DNA of 64,000 nt from Flavobacteriales bacterium (GTDB lineage: Bacteria > Bacteroidota > Bacteroidia > Flavobacteriales_F > PHOS-HE28): contig JAIOIH010000010.1 in the NCBI GenBank assembly GCA_019912395.1, positions 18,760 through 82,759 on the forward strand. The letters run 5' to 3'. Below are positions 19,319-29,051 of this stretch, one piece after another. A program made the translations under genes and the position numbers. Position 1 is the first letter of the stretch, and the number at the start of each line of letters is the position of its first letter. The notes beneath the pieces were generated by a model. The model worked only from the letters and a program-made list of their open reading frames with translations, did no database searches and was not told the origin of the DNA.

Positions 19319-20184
19319 TTTGTGATCATTGTGTTATAGCGGGATTCACTGCAACTGGTCCCGTTGCAAAACCAATGCACCTCGCCGTAGCGGTGGGTCA
19401 CCTTGCGGTACTCCCGGGTACGGCCCTGCTCCGTTATGCGCACCATCCGGGCCACGTACGCAGGCCGAACCTCGATCTCCTCGGTGCGACCGTCCTGCCG
19501 GGGTTCTTCGGGTGGAGCGACCACCGCAGTTACGGACGGTGACGGCGGTGCAGTTCGATCCGGCTTGATCCCCGATCGTGAACGCGCTATGGACCGCTGG
19601 CCTTGCTCCGGCGTGAAGCCCGGTTCGGTGGCCTCCTTCATCAACTCCGGTCGGGCCGACCCATCGAAAGACCCCGGCGCATCGGGCAGTGCCCGGGGAA
19701 GGGTCCGCTGAACATCGATCGAACCAAGGCGCTTTGTCCTTTCCCGTACCAGTGCGTAGTTCGTGCTGTAGTCGAAATCACCCGTCGCGGTATCGAACAC
19801 TACCACGCCAACGGCCTTGGCATATCCAACCACGGATCCCATGGGTTTGGGTTCCAGCGTGACGAGGAATGGGAAACGGAAGGGTGCCGCTGCCATGGAA
19901 CTCTCCGGCATGTGGGTATCGAAGTGCAGGGTTTTGCTCAAGCACCCTTCGCGGACAAAGTGCAGCACGTAGTCCTGTTGCAGGTCCAAGTTCAACGTGA
20001 AGCGGCTGATATCATCGTGCAGCACTTGGACCTGGACCCCGTTGCGCTCCACGATCACCCGGGCCCCTTTCATGGGCACACCCTTGACGCGGAACTTGCC
20101 ATCAACCAGCAATCCTTGCGGTACGGTTGCTCCGAGGGTGATCGTGGCGATCAACAATACGAAGGGGATCAGCGGGGTTTTCAT
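19315..20184 (-). CDS. Exported hypothetical protein (beta-sandwich N-domain, Pro-rich linker)
   Basis: ATG 20184 MKTPLIPFVLLIA signal peptide; 4-nt overlap with the next gene. Confidence 0.65.
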   Translation of the reverse strand: MKTPLIPFVLLIATITLGATVPQGLLVDGKFRVKGVPMKGARVIVERNGVQVQVLHDDISRFTLNLDLQQDYVLHFVREGCLSKTLHFDTHMPESSMAAAPFRFPFLVTLEPKPMGSVVGYAKAVGVVVFDTATGDFDYSTNYALVRERTKRLGSIDVQRTLPRALPDAPGSFDGSARPELMKEATEPGFTPEQGQRSIARSRSGIKPDRTAPPSPSVTAVVAPPEEPRQDGRTEEIEVRPAYVARMVRITEQGRTREYRKVTHRYGEVHWFCNGTSCSESRYNTMITK

Positions 20185-20523
20185 TGTGGCGGGATTGATG
20201 GTTACCCATGTCACGTAACAAAGGTGAGGCACCCTTCTTCCCGTTCCTATACCCCGAAATAGGGATTTTGAGCGGTGTGTGTGGGGGGGGCGACTCGCCC
20301 AGGCCATGCCCACAGGAGTCGTTGAACTTTTTTCGCGCTGTGGGACTTTCGACCGCGATCGCTTGAACGGTGCCGTTCCTTGCCTGATGTGCGCCGTTTC
20401 CTGCCCGTTCCCGCACCTGCAAGCAAGGATCCCGGGATACCCGCGTTGTTCTGCGGTCCCATGGTCCATGGCCGTGTTCGGGAGGTTTCTGCGGAAGGCG
20501 ATCCAGGAAAACGATGAACTTCC

Positions 20524-20531
20524 TATGTTTG
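20524..20531 (+). promoter_or_regulatory. -7 promoter element for exbB operon
   Basis: TATGTTTG. Confidence 0.7.
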
Positions 20532-20619
20532 CGCCCTCTTCGGCCAGCGCATCGGGTCGCCGTAACGTACACGCAACGAACAAGCCAACGAGCTATTTCA
20601 ACCAAGAAACCCTTCCTAC

Positions 20620-21432
20620 ATGAGCACACGTAAATCCGGAAAGTTGTCCAGCCTGTTCGTGGCCTTGGCCTTTCCCTTGGCCCTCGGCGTCAGCATCCTC
20701 TTCTACATGTTCGTGCTTGGCGATCCGGCCAACTTCGAAGGCGGAGACCCGGTTCATGGGCACCCCGTGGCCGAGAATCCGGCCCATACGTTCGGCTTGA
20801 TCCACAAGGGTGGCTTCATCGTGCCGATCTTGGTAACGGTGTTCCTGTTGATCATCATCTTCTCGATTGAGCGGTTCATCACCTTGAGCCGTGCTTCGGG
20901 TAAGGGCCGCGTGGATGAATTCCTCCACAACGTGCGCCAGCTCCTGGCCACGGACCGCGTGGACGAAGCGATGACCGTTTGTGACGAACAGCAGGGCAGC
21001 GTGGCCAACGTGATGCGCAGCGGACTGGTGAAGTACAAGACCGTGATCAACGATGGCACCCTGGACAAGGAGACCAAGATCAACATCGTGAAGCAGGAGA
21101 TCGAGGAGGCCACGGCCTTGGAACTGCCCATGCTGAGCAAGAACCTCGTGATCCTTTCCACCTGTGCCAGTGTGAGTACGCTGTTGGGTCTGATCGGAAC
21201 CGTTCTGGGGATGATCCGGGCCTTCAGTGCCATGGCCACCGCCGGTACACCGGATGCCACCCAGCTCTCAACAGGTATTTCGGAGGCCCTGATCAACACC
21301 GCACTGGGTGTGGCGGGATCGGCCCTGGGCATCATCATGTTCAACTACTTCAGCACCAAGATCGATGGCATCACCCATGGCATCGATGAGGCGGGGTTCA
21401 GCGTAAGCCAAACACTGGCCAACTACAAGTAA
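20620..21432 (+). CDS. exbB: MotA/TolQ/ExbB proton channel
   Basis: TLLGLIGTVLGMIRAF, GISEALINTALG. Confidence 0.95.
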   Translation: MSTRKSGKLSSLFVALAFPLALGVSILFYMFVLGDPANFEGGDPVHGHPVAENPAHTFGLIHKGGFIVPILVTVFLLIIIFSIERFITLSRASGKGRVDEFLHNVRQLLATDRVDEAMTVCDEQQGSVANVMRSGLVKYKTVINDGTLDKETKINIVKQEIEEATALELPMLSKNLVILSTCASVSTLLGLIGTVLGMIRAFSAMATAGTPDATQLSTGISEALINTALGVAGSALGIIMFNYFSTKIDGITHGIDEAGFSVSQTLANYK

Positions 21433-21493
21433 GGACCATCCGCGCACCGACGTGCAGGATGACATAAACCGATCAAGGAGACCAAAACCAGGC

Positions 21494-22147
21494 ATGGCAA
21501 AGATCAAGATGCCCCGGTCGAGTCCACACATGGACATGACCCCCTTGGTGGACCTCGGCTTCCTGTTGGTCACCTTTTTCATGCTCACCGCACAATTCCG
21601 GCCCGAGGAGGCGGTGGTGGTTGACATTCCCACCAGCCGGAGCCAATCGCCCATCCCCGCCGAGAATTTGATGACGGTGATCGTGGACAGTGCGGGAAGG
21701 GTGTTCTGGGATTTTACCGATAAGAAAGTGCGCAGGGCGGTGCTCAAGGAAATGGGCGAGCGGTACAAGCTCGATTTCGACGCCGAGCAAACGCAGCGCT
21801 TCGTGAACCTGAATTCCATCGGCATACCCATGCAACAGCTCCCGGCCTATCTCGACCTCGATGCCGCTGCTGACCGCACCGAGGTGGACAAGCGATCGCC
21901 CGGTATACCCATTGATAGCACGAACAACCAGCTCCTGGACTGGATCCGCGTCACGCAGCTTATCTTCAGCAGCGGTGCGGAGGGCAGGAACCCGATCGTG
22001 GCCTTGAAGGGTGACGGGAATGTGAATTACTCCGTGATCAACAAAGTGATCAAGATCTTCCAGAGCCCAACGGTGAAGATCAACCGGTTCAAGATGATCA
22101 CGAACCTGGAAGAAAGCCGAATGGTGGTTCCACCCCCAACCAAATGA
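21494..22147 (+). CDS. exbD: ExbD/TolR family protein
   Basis: MDMTPLVDLGFLLVTFFML; start ATG 21494. Confidence 0.93.
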   Translation: MAKIKMPRSSPHMDMTPLVDLGFLLVTFFMLTAQFRPEEAVVVDIPTSRSQSPIPAENLMTVIVDSAGRVFWDFTDKKVRRAVLKEMGERYKLDFDAEQTQRFVNLNSIGIPMQQLPAYLDLDAAADRTEVDKRSPGIPIDSTNNQLLDWIRVTQLIFSSGAEGRNPIVALKGDGNVNYSVINKVIKIFQSPTVKINRFKMITNLEESRMVVPPPTK

Positions 22148-22206
22148 GGACATGGGTGTACAGGATGCTACAAGAGACACTTCAACACGGTAGATAACCA
22201 GCGACC

Positions 22207-22833
22207 ATGGCAGAAGTACCCGGCGGAGATGAAGGTGGCGGCGGCGGACGGCACAAGAAGAAGCGTGCCAAGAAGGGCAGCACCCGGATCGACATGACCC
22301 CATTGGTCGATCTGGCATTCCTCTTGCTCACCTTCTTCATCCTTACCACCACCATGTACCAGCCTTCCTCGCTCCAGCTCACCTTCCCCGTGCCCCAGGA
22401 TGGAGCGGACAAGCGCGAGCTTGAGAAGGTGAACAACGCGCTCACGGTCTTCCTGACCAAGGAGGACCAAATATTCTACTACCGGGACGCCTTCAAGCCC
22501 GGGGAGACCCAACTGACCCGAACGGATTTCAGCAAGATCACCAAGTTCCTGATCGATGAGAACCGGAGTACCTTTGATCAAGTACAGGAATTGGGACGAC
22601 GGTACAACGCGAACGAGATCGATCAACTGGCCTACGATACGTTGAAGAACAATGTGCAAAAGCGGCCCGAAGCCCTTTTTGTCATCATTAAGCCGGACAA
22701 GGATGCCAAGTACCGCAACATGATCGATATGGTGGACGACATGGATATCAGCGGTATAGGCAAGTATGCCGTGCAGGACACCATAAAGCCGGTAGAGCTC
22801 GAATTGTTGAACGCCGAGAAACTCAAATTCTGA
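22207..22833 (+). CDS. exbD: ExbD/TolR family protein (second copy)
   Basis: IDMTPLVDLAFLLLTFFIL. Confidence 0.93.
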   Translation: MAEVPGGDEGGGGGRHKKKRAKKGSTRIDMTPLVDLAFLLLTFFILTTTMYQPSSLQLTFPVPQDGADKRELEKVNNALTVFLTKEDQIFYYRDAFKPGETQLTRTDFSKITKFLIDENRSTFDQVQELGRRYNANEIDQLAYDTLKNNVQKRPEALFVIIKPDKDAKYRNMIDMVDDMDISGIGKYAVQDTIKPVELELLNAEKLKF

Positions 22834-22837
22834 GCAC

Positions 22838-23677
22838 ATGCCCTTCGTAATCATCGTTGCAGTGCTGGTCGTCTTGAGCGTCTTGCTCACGTTCGACACC
22901 TCGTGGATGAACCTCCTTCAGGGCACCCGCAACGAGTTGGTCTTTGCGGGAAGGAACAAGGAGTACGGCGCCTTCGATCTCCGGAAGGCCTATACGACCC
23001 GACTGGGCCTCGCGATGGTGGCCGGTGTGGCATTCTTTGCCGTGATGGTGGGCACGCCCTTTGTCCTCTCCAAGGTTGGGGATAAGGTGCCCGAGCCGGA
23101 GAAAGTGAAGATCGTGGAGGTGAACCTCGACCTCTTTGAGGAAGACCAACCGGAAGAAGCGCCACCTCCACCCGAGATCGTACCGCCCGCCCAACCCCAG
23201 ATCGAGACCGTGCAGTTCGTTGCGGTGGAGGCCAGTGACGAGCCGGTGGAAGCACCCCCGCCCACCCAGGAGGACCTGGGTGAGACCACTGCCAGCACCA
23301 CCACCCAGGAGGGTGAAAAGATCGATGCTCCTCCACCACCCCCGCCCGTGGAGGAGGTCACCTTTGATCTGGCCGCCGTGCAGGAACAGCCTGATTTCCC
23401 GGGTGGCATGGCCAAGATGTACGAGTACCTTCAAAAGACCACCAAGTACCCGGACATGGAGTTCGACGCAGGCATCCAAGGCAAGGTGTTCATTGAGTTC
23501 GTGGTGGACAAGGACGGAAGCGTGGAGGACGTGAAGGTCCGACGAGGCGTAAGCCCCGGATTGGACAAGGAGGCCTTGCGGGCGGTGAGGTCCATGCCCA
23601 AGTGGAGCCCCGGCAAAATGAACGGCAAGCCGGTGAAGGTCCGCTTCACCATCCCGGTGGACTTCAAGCTGAAGTAG
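22838..23677 (+). CDS. tonB: Energy transducer TonB
   Basis: RNKEYGAFDLR, Pro-rich linker, YP..GIQGKV..F.V..DG, TonB C-domain. Confidence 0.95.
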   Translation: MPFVIIVAVLVVLSVLLTFDTSWMNLLQGTRNELVFAGRNKEYGAFDLRKAYTTRLGLAMVAGVAFFAVMVGTPFVLSKVGDKVPEPEKVKIVEVNLDLFEEDQPEEAPPPPEIVPPAQPQIETVQFVAVEASDEPVEAPPPTQEDLGETTASTTTQEGEKIDAPPPPPPVEEVTFDLAAVQEQPDFPGGMAKMYEYLQKTTKYPDMEFDAGIQGKVFIEFVVDKDGSVEDVKVRRGVSPGLDKEALRAVRSMPKWSPGKMNGKPVKVRFTIPVDFKLK

Positions 23678-23699
23678 ACCGTACCATACTGGGGACCAA

Positions 23700-23733
23700 T
23701 AGCCCGCTCCCAACCAATGGTGCGGGTTGTTTT
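23700..23733 (+). terminator. Probable intrinsic terminator after tonB
   Basis: agcccgc...gcgggtt stem followed by gtttt. Confidence 0.55.
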
Positions 23734-23818
23734 CCTGAAGATACCGGATGCTGGGCGCCATGGGTTCCAGATCGGTTCGTCGCCCCGGGTACGGACTTTT
23801 CCAACCGGACCTCCACAA

Positions 23819-23834
23819 GGTGATTTTCCTCACC
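23819..23834 (+). promoter_or_regulatory. CRP/FNR-type operator
   Basis: GGTGA-N6-TCACC palindrome, centred about 42 nt upstream of the start site predicted from TATGTTCA (23857-23864). Confidence 0.6.
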
Positions 23835-23921
23835 CGCTGATTCGATACCAAAGGATTATGTTCACGGACGAACCAAGAGACGGTACGAATCGTTCCCCAT
23901 ACCCACATTGAACCCGGATAA

Positions 23922-25001
23922 ATGAACCAACAGACGAAGGACGTATTGAAAAAGGCGGCGCAGATACATGGCGAAGGTTGCGTGACGGTGACCCTGAACA
24001 CCCACAGAACGGCCCCCGACTGCCTGAAGGACCCGATCCTGCTCAAGGAGCTGCTCAAACAAGCGGAGAGCAGGCTGTCCGCGGATCACGGGGCCAAGAT
24101 TGCGCAAGCCACCATGGCCAAACTGAACACCATGGCCGGCAGCATCGATCATGCACACAACCTGGAAAGCTTGGTGCTGTTCGCCAACACCGAATTTTCC
24201 GCCCATGTGAAGCTGCCGGTGGCCGTGGTGGACCGCGTGACCATCGATGACACCTTTGCCACACGGGACCTGTACCGGGCCCTGCATCGGGAGGCGGAAT
24301 ACTATGTGCTCCTGCTGAACAGGGTCGAAGCCCGGCTGTTCCAGGCGATCAATGGGAAGGTGGAGGCGGAGGTCCGGGGCGATTTCCCTGTCAAGAACTC
24401 CGTGGCGGGCTCGGATGCCGCCAAGATCGTATCCAATAGGGATTTCACGGCCCTGGTGGAGGAGTTCTTCAATCGGGTGGACAAGGCCTTGGTCAAGGTG
24501 ATCAATGAGGAGCCACTCCCGGTGGTCCTGGCCACCGAGAGTCGCAATGTGGACCACTACGGCCGGATCGCGGACAAGAAGGAATTCCTGAAGGCGAACT
24601 TCAACCCCTCGCATGATGACCTCACCCCGCACCATCTGGTCGAGGAGGCATGGAAGGCCTATGCGCCCGTTGTAAAGTCGAAGTATGATCAACGGACGGA
24701 TGCCTTGGAAACGGCCATTTCCGCCGGACGGCTGTTGACCGACCACAACGACATCTGGCGCGCACTGCAGGAGGGTCGAGGGGGAACGATCTTCGTGAAG
24801 CAGGGACTTTTTCAGCCCGCCATGCTCAACAATGGCCAGATCGAACTCCTGCCCGGTCCCGAGCGAAAAAGGAAAGGTGCCGTGGACGATATCATCGATG
24901 AGATGATCGAACGGAACAAGGCCTTTGGAGGCGATGCGGTCTTCGTGCATGGAGATGAACTGGACCGCTTCAACGGACTGGCCTTGGTGACGCGTTATTG
25001 A
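23922..25001 (+). CDS. baeRF3 / Balon-like (aeRF1-related) ribosome hibernation factor
   Basis: CVTVTLNTHRT..D.ILLKELL N-terminus, FFNRVDKAL, DDIIDE..GGDAVFV..ALVTRY aeRF1 domain-3-like end; no GGQ. Confidence 0.85.
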   Translation: MNQQTKDVLKKAAQIHGEGCVTVTLNTHRTAPDCLKDPILLKELLKQAESRLSADHGAKIAQATMAKLNTMAGSIDHAHNLESLVLFANTEFSAHVKLPVAVVDRVTIDDTFATRDLYRALHREAEYYVLLLNRVEARLFQAINGKVEAEVRGDFPVKNSVAGSDAAKIVSNRDFTALVEEFFNRVDKALVKVINEEPLPVVLATESRNVDHYGRIADKKEFLKANFNPSHDDLTPHHLVEEAWKAYAPVVKSKYDQRTDALETAISAGRLLTDHNDIWRALQEGRGGTIFVKQGLFQPAMLNNGQIELLPGPERKRKGAVDDIIDEMIERNKAFGGDAVFVHGDELDRFNGLALVTRY

Positions 25002-25133
25002 GCGGAGGACCGTGTAGTAACTGAAGGGCACGAGCATCGGCGGTGGTGATCCCACCATCGGTGCAATGAACGCGGTCCGGCTTGGGTTGTACAGGGGATA
25101 GGACGTTGGTTCATCCCAAACACCCCGAAAGCC

Positions 25134-26000
25134 ATGATGATCGCTGCCGTACTGATCCCCTTCACCCTGCTCTGCTTGGCCATGGGCCGGAACCTTTCGT
25201 GGAGCAATGAGACGCGGAGAGAACGCAATATGCTCGTGTTCCAGCATCGCAACAGGCACTATGGAGCCTATCGCTTGCGTACCGGATACGAACGTCGCTT
25301 GGGGTTGGCGTTCCTGGCGGCGGTCGGCATCCTGGGGCTGATCGTCTCGGTGGCGAAGGCCGTCGCGCACTTCCAGCCACAAGTTCGGGTCCCGGCGACC
25401 GGGGAAGTCGTGGTGGATGTGGACTTGGGCAGGGCGTTCATTTTCCCGCCCGAGCCGCCCCAGCCCGCGCCGGGGAAAAGGGAAGTGCTGCCTCCGGTGA
25501 AGCGGGACCCGGACGAACTGCGACCGGTGGACGCCACGGACAGCTTGGTGGAGCCGCCCTTGCCCCCTCGGGATACGAGCAGCATGGCCGCGGTACAGGG
25601 AAATCCGTCAACGTCGCGATCGGGTGGCACCGCTGTTCCGGGCGGAGGCACCGGGGGTGATGCGGGGCCGGACATCGAAGCGGGCGCCAGCACGTGGGAG
25701 GGCTTCGAGGTGCAGGAGGTACCACAATTCCCCGGTGGCGAGAAGGCGCTGCACCAGTGGGTTCAACGCAATCTTGAATTTCCGCCGGACGCGTTCGGCA
25801 AGGATGTGGTGTACGTGCAGTTCATCATAGGGCTGAACGGCTCGGTGGAGGATGTGCAGGCGGTGAAGGGCGAGCAGGAAGCGCTTAGGAACGCAGCGGA
25901 ACGCACCCTGCGGCGGATGCCCCGCTGGAAGCCCGCGCGCATGAACGGGCATGAGGTGCGGTGCCGACTTACGTTGCCCATCCGGTTCGAGACGCGCTAA
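25134..26000 (+). CDS. tonB: Second TonB family energy transducer
   Basis: FQHRNRHYGAYRLR, PQFPGG, MPRWKPA..NG..V...LPIRF. Confidence 0.88.
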   Translation: MMIAAVLIPFTLLCLAMGRNLSWSNETRRERNMLVFQHRNRHYGAYRLRTGYERRLGLAFLAAVGILGLIVSVAKAVAHFQPQVRVPATGEVVVDVDLGRAFIFPPEPPQPAPGKREVLPPVKRDPDELRPVDATDSLVEPPLPPRDTSSMAAVQGNPSTSRSGGTAVPGGGTGGDAGPDIEAGASTWEGFEVQEVPQFPGGEKALHQWVQRNLEFPPDAFGKDVVYVQFIIGLNGSVEDVQAVKGEQEALRNAAERTLRRMPRWKPARMNGHEVRCRLTLPIRFETR

Positions 26001-26009
26001 TATTGCACG

Positions 26010-26198
26010 ATGAAGTATTTCGCCCTTGTGATGAGCGTGTTGTACCTGATGGCTGGATGCTTGATCCTCTTTACCAACTTCATGTACCCGCAGATCTCGC
26101 GCTTCCGGGTTCCTTTGGGTGTGGTATTGCTGGGGTACGGTGTGGTCCGGGGCATCATGTGGCAGCGCAAGCAGGCCCAAAGCGAAGAGGGTCCGTGA
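26010..26198 (+). CDS. Small 2-TM membrane protein
   Basis: 62 aa, two hydrophobic helices, YGVVR; overlaps next start. Confidence 0.7.
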   Translation: MKYFALVMSVLYLMAGCLILFTNFMYPQISRFRVPLGVVLLGYGVVRGIMWQRKQAQSEEGP

Positions 26199-27127
26199 GC
26201 AACCGCATCAGCATCATCCCGGGGATCTGCATCCTGCTATTGGCGGGCTGCCGGTCCGCCGCTCCCGATCCCGGGGTCAACGATACCCCCACGCAAGGGA
26301 GGATCCTGGTGTTGGCTGACATGGACTGCCGACCGGTGATCGAAAAGGAACACATGATATTCTCCTCCTTCTACCCCAAAGCGGAGGTGACCGTGCGCTA
26401 CCTGAACGAGGCGGACCTGCTCAAGGCCATGCTCAACGATAGCGTGCGTTGCGTGTTCACCTCCGTGGACCTTGGCGGGGAGCAGCAGGCGTGGTTCCGG
26501 CAACGCAACCTCAGCACGCCCATCATCCCGATCTACAAGGGAGGGATAGCCGTGGTGGTGAACAAGGAAAGCCCGTTGCACCATTTGGACCTGGGGAAAT
26601 TGGCGAAGTTGCTGGGCGGAACGAATGCGCTGGAAGTGACCGCGGATGAGGAAGGAAGCCTCGGCCTGGACTCCATGACAGCCTTGTTCGCCGGCGCGGG
26701 GAGCGGGGTGGCGCGGCTGCTGGTGGATTCCCTCCGTATCGGCAAGTTGCGGGGGCGCGCCTTGGCGGATGTGCCAGCCGTGGTGGCCCAGGTGGCCCGT
26801 GACCCGCGGACCATCGGATTCCTGCCCTTCGAGGCCATCAGCGACCTGGACAACCCGCAAATGCGGGCGCTGCGCGATCAGGTGCGCTTGTTGCCGATCG
26901 CCCGCAGGGCGGATGACCCCCCCGTACTTCCCTCGCAAAGCACCCTTGCCGACGGGGCATACCCCCTTCAGCGCACCGTGCATGCCATACTTACGGAGGG
27001 GAAAAGCGGTCTTGGCACTGGTTTTGTTTCCTTTGTCGCCAACCATAAAGGGCAACGGATCATTCTCAAGCTGGGTGTAGCCCCCATCAACATACCCACA
27101 CGAAACGTGGAGATCGTCCCTTATTAG
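26195..27127 (+). CDS. PstS-like substrate-binding lipoprotein
   Basis: GTG 26195, lipobox LLAGC, DTPTQG, YPLQR, GLGTGFVSFV..KGQRIILK. Confidence 0.85.
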   Translation: MSNRISIIPGICILLLAGCRSAAPDPGVNDTPTQGRILVLADMDCRPVIEKEHMIFSSFYPKAEVTVRYLNEADLLKAMLNDSVRCVFTSVDLGGEQQAWFRQRNLSTPIIPIYKGGIAVVVNKESPLHHLDLGKLAKLLGGTNALEVTADEEGSLGLDSMTALFAGAGSGVARLLVDSLRIGKLRGRALADVPAVVAQVARDPRTIGFLPFEAISDLDNPQMRALRDQVRLLPIARRADDPPVLPSQSTLADGAYPLQRTVHAILTEGKSGLGTGFVSFVANHKGQRIILKLGVAPINIPTRNVEIVPY

Positions 27128-27137
27128 CCGATTTGGA

Positions 27138-28934
27138 ATGAAGACTATCCTGACCTTTGGATTTGCCTGTGTCGCCCTTGGTGCCACCGCTCAATTGCCG
27201 GAAGCCATCAAGCTTACGGACAATGAACAGTTCGAGAAGGCCACTGCCGCCTTCAAACGCATCTTGAGCACTGCGCCCACCAGCGGAGAGGCTTGGTTCC
27301 ATCTGGGTGAAAACTACTTCGCCAATGACCGGTCGGACAGTGCGGAGGCGGCCTACCGTCGGGGGTTGGAGGTGAACCCGAGCTATCCGCTCAATTATGC
27401 CGGCCTGGGCAAGGTGCTCCGGGAGCATGGAAAGGACGCGGAGGCCCAAAGCCAGTTGGACAAGGCCACCGAGGTGGCGCTGCTCAAGTCCAACAAGTTC
27501 AGCAAGGAGCAGATCGCCGCCACGTACCGCGAAGTGGGGGAGGGGCTATTGGCTGGCAAGAGCCCGGACTATGATGCCGCCTTGGCCATGGTGCAGAAGG
27601 CCATCGACCTGTATCCGAAGGACCCCGAAGCTTACATCCTCAAGGGTGATGTCCTGTTTGACCGGAACCCGAGGGACGGTTCAGCCCCATTGGAGAACTA
27701 TAAAAAGGCCATGGAGCTGGAGCCGATGAACGCCAAGCCCGTGGCCCGGAAGGCCTTCATGTACTACCGGGCGAAGAACTTCCCCGGATCCATCGAGGAA
27801 TACACCAACGCCATCACGCTGGACCCCGGATTCGCACCGGCCTATCGGGGCAGGGCGGAAGCCTTCTTCATGGCACGCGACTTCGACAAGGCCAACGCGG
27901 ACATGCAGAAATACCTCCAGTTGAACAGTGGCAGCATCAGCGCACGCGTGCGGAACGCCCAGTTCCTGTTCCTGGTGAAGAAGTACGATGAGAGCCTCAG
28001 CGAGATCCAAGCACTGGAGAACGAAGGGGTGAAGAACATGGTGCTCAAGCGTCTCAAAGCCTTCGACCTGACCGAAAAGGGCGACTTTGCAGCAGCGGAG
28101 AGCACTATGCAGGAATACTTCAAGGAACAACCGGCCGACAAGGTGATCAGCCTCGACTACGAGTACTACGGCAAGATCTACCAAGGGCTGGCCAAGGAGC
28201 TGGAAACGAACCCGGCGATCAAGATCGTGAACGGGACTGCGCAAGTGAACGAAAACGCCGCCAAGTTCACTGGCTCAGTAGAGAACGCCGATGGCACTAC
28301 CACGGTGAACTTCAACTTGACACCCTACGACTCCCTCGCCGCCGAGATGTACCTGAAGGCCGCCCGCATGGACAAGACCAAGGACTACCTCTTTCTGGAG
28401 GCCGCCAAGGCATTCACGGACGCCAAAGCATACGGAAAGGCTGTTTCCACCATGCGGGAGAAAGTACGAGGGGACCGGCCAGAGGTGAACGATTGGTACT
28501 ACCTCGGCGCCATGGCAAACCGCGCCAAAATGTACCAGACCGCCGACAGTGCTTGGGCCGAGTACATCGCCAAGCAACCGAACATCTACCAGGGCTACCT
28601 CTACCGCGCCCGCTCCCAAGCCGGTATGGACACGGCGGAAGTGAAGACCTGGTCCGCCAGGCCGAACTACGAGGAGGTGATCCGCAAAATGAAGCCCGAA
28701 GACCGGGAAAAGCACAAGGACGACCTCGAGGAAGCCTACAACTACATGGGCCTCTACTACCTCTACAACGAGGCCGATATGGACCGTGCGAAGGCCAAAT
28801 GCTGGTTCGAGAAAGTGAGCACATTGGACGCCGGCACCAGTATTACCCAACAGGTGAACAACACCTTCCTGAAGATGAAGGAGCTGAAGGACGTGACCCC
28901 TTCGGAATGCGGCTTGGACCCCATGCCCAAGTGA
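27138..28934 (+). CDS. Exported TPR protein
   Basis: Signal peptide ending A-Q, many TPR motifs. Confidence 0.88.
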   Translation: MKTILTFGFACVALGATAQLPEAIKLTDNEQFEKATAAFKRILSTAPTSGEAWFHLGENYFANDRSDSAEAAYRRGLEVNPSYPLNYAGLGKVLREHGKDAEAQSQLDKATEVALLKSNKFSKEQIAATYREVGEGLLAGKSPDYDAALAMVQKAIDLYPKDPEAYILKGDVLFDRNPRDGSAPLENYKKAMELEPMNAKPVARKAFMYYRAKNFPGSIEEYTNAITLDPGFAPAYRGRAEAFFMARDFDKANADMQKYLQLNSGSISARVRNAQFLFLVKKYDESLSEIQALENEGVKNMVLKRLKAFDLTEKGDFAAAESTMQEYFKEQPADKVISLDYEYYGKIYQGLAKELETNPAIKIVNGTAQVNENAAKFTGSVENADGTTTVNFNLTPYDSLAAEMYLKAARMDKTKDYLFLEAAKAFTDAKAYGKAVSTMREKVRGDRPEVNDWYYLGAMANRAKMYQTADSAWAEYIAKQPNIYQGYLYRARSQAGMDTAEVKTWSARPNYEEVIRKMKPEDREKHKDDLEEAYNYMGLYYLYNEADMDRAKAKCWFEKVSTLDAGTSITQQVNNTFLKMKELKDVTPSECGLDPMPK

Positions 28935-28963
28935 TCGACCAAGACCTGATCAGGGCACCGGAA

Positions 28964-28997
28964 AGGACGGCGACGAGAGAACTCTGGTCGCCGTCCT
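28964..28997 (+). terminator. Stem-loop after the TPR gene
   Basis: aggacggcgac / gtcgccgtcct perfect 11-bp inverted repeat; weak U-tract. Confidence 0.6.
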
Positions 28998-29051
28998 GCG
29001 TACTGGGTGCCTATTTTCGCGCCGTTCACCGCACATTTTCCACTTCGCACC

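Noticed and set aside
20283-20290. G8 homopolymer as a phase-variation switch (also 56303-56310)
   Set aside because: Short, intergenic, not between identifiable promoter elements, and expected in GC-rich DNA.
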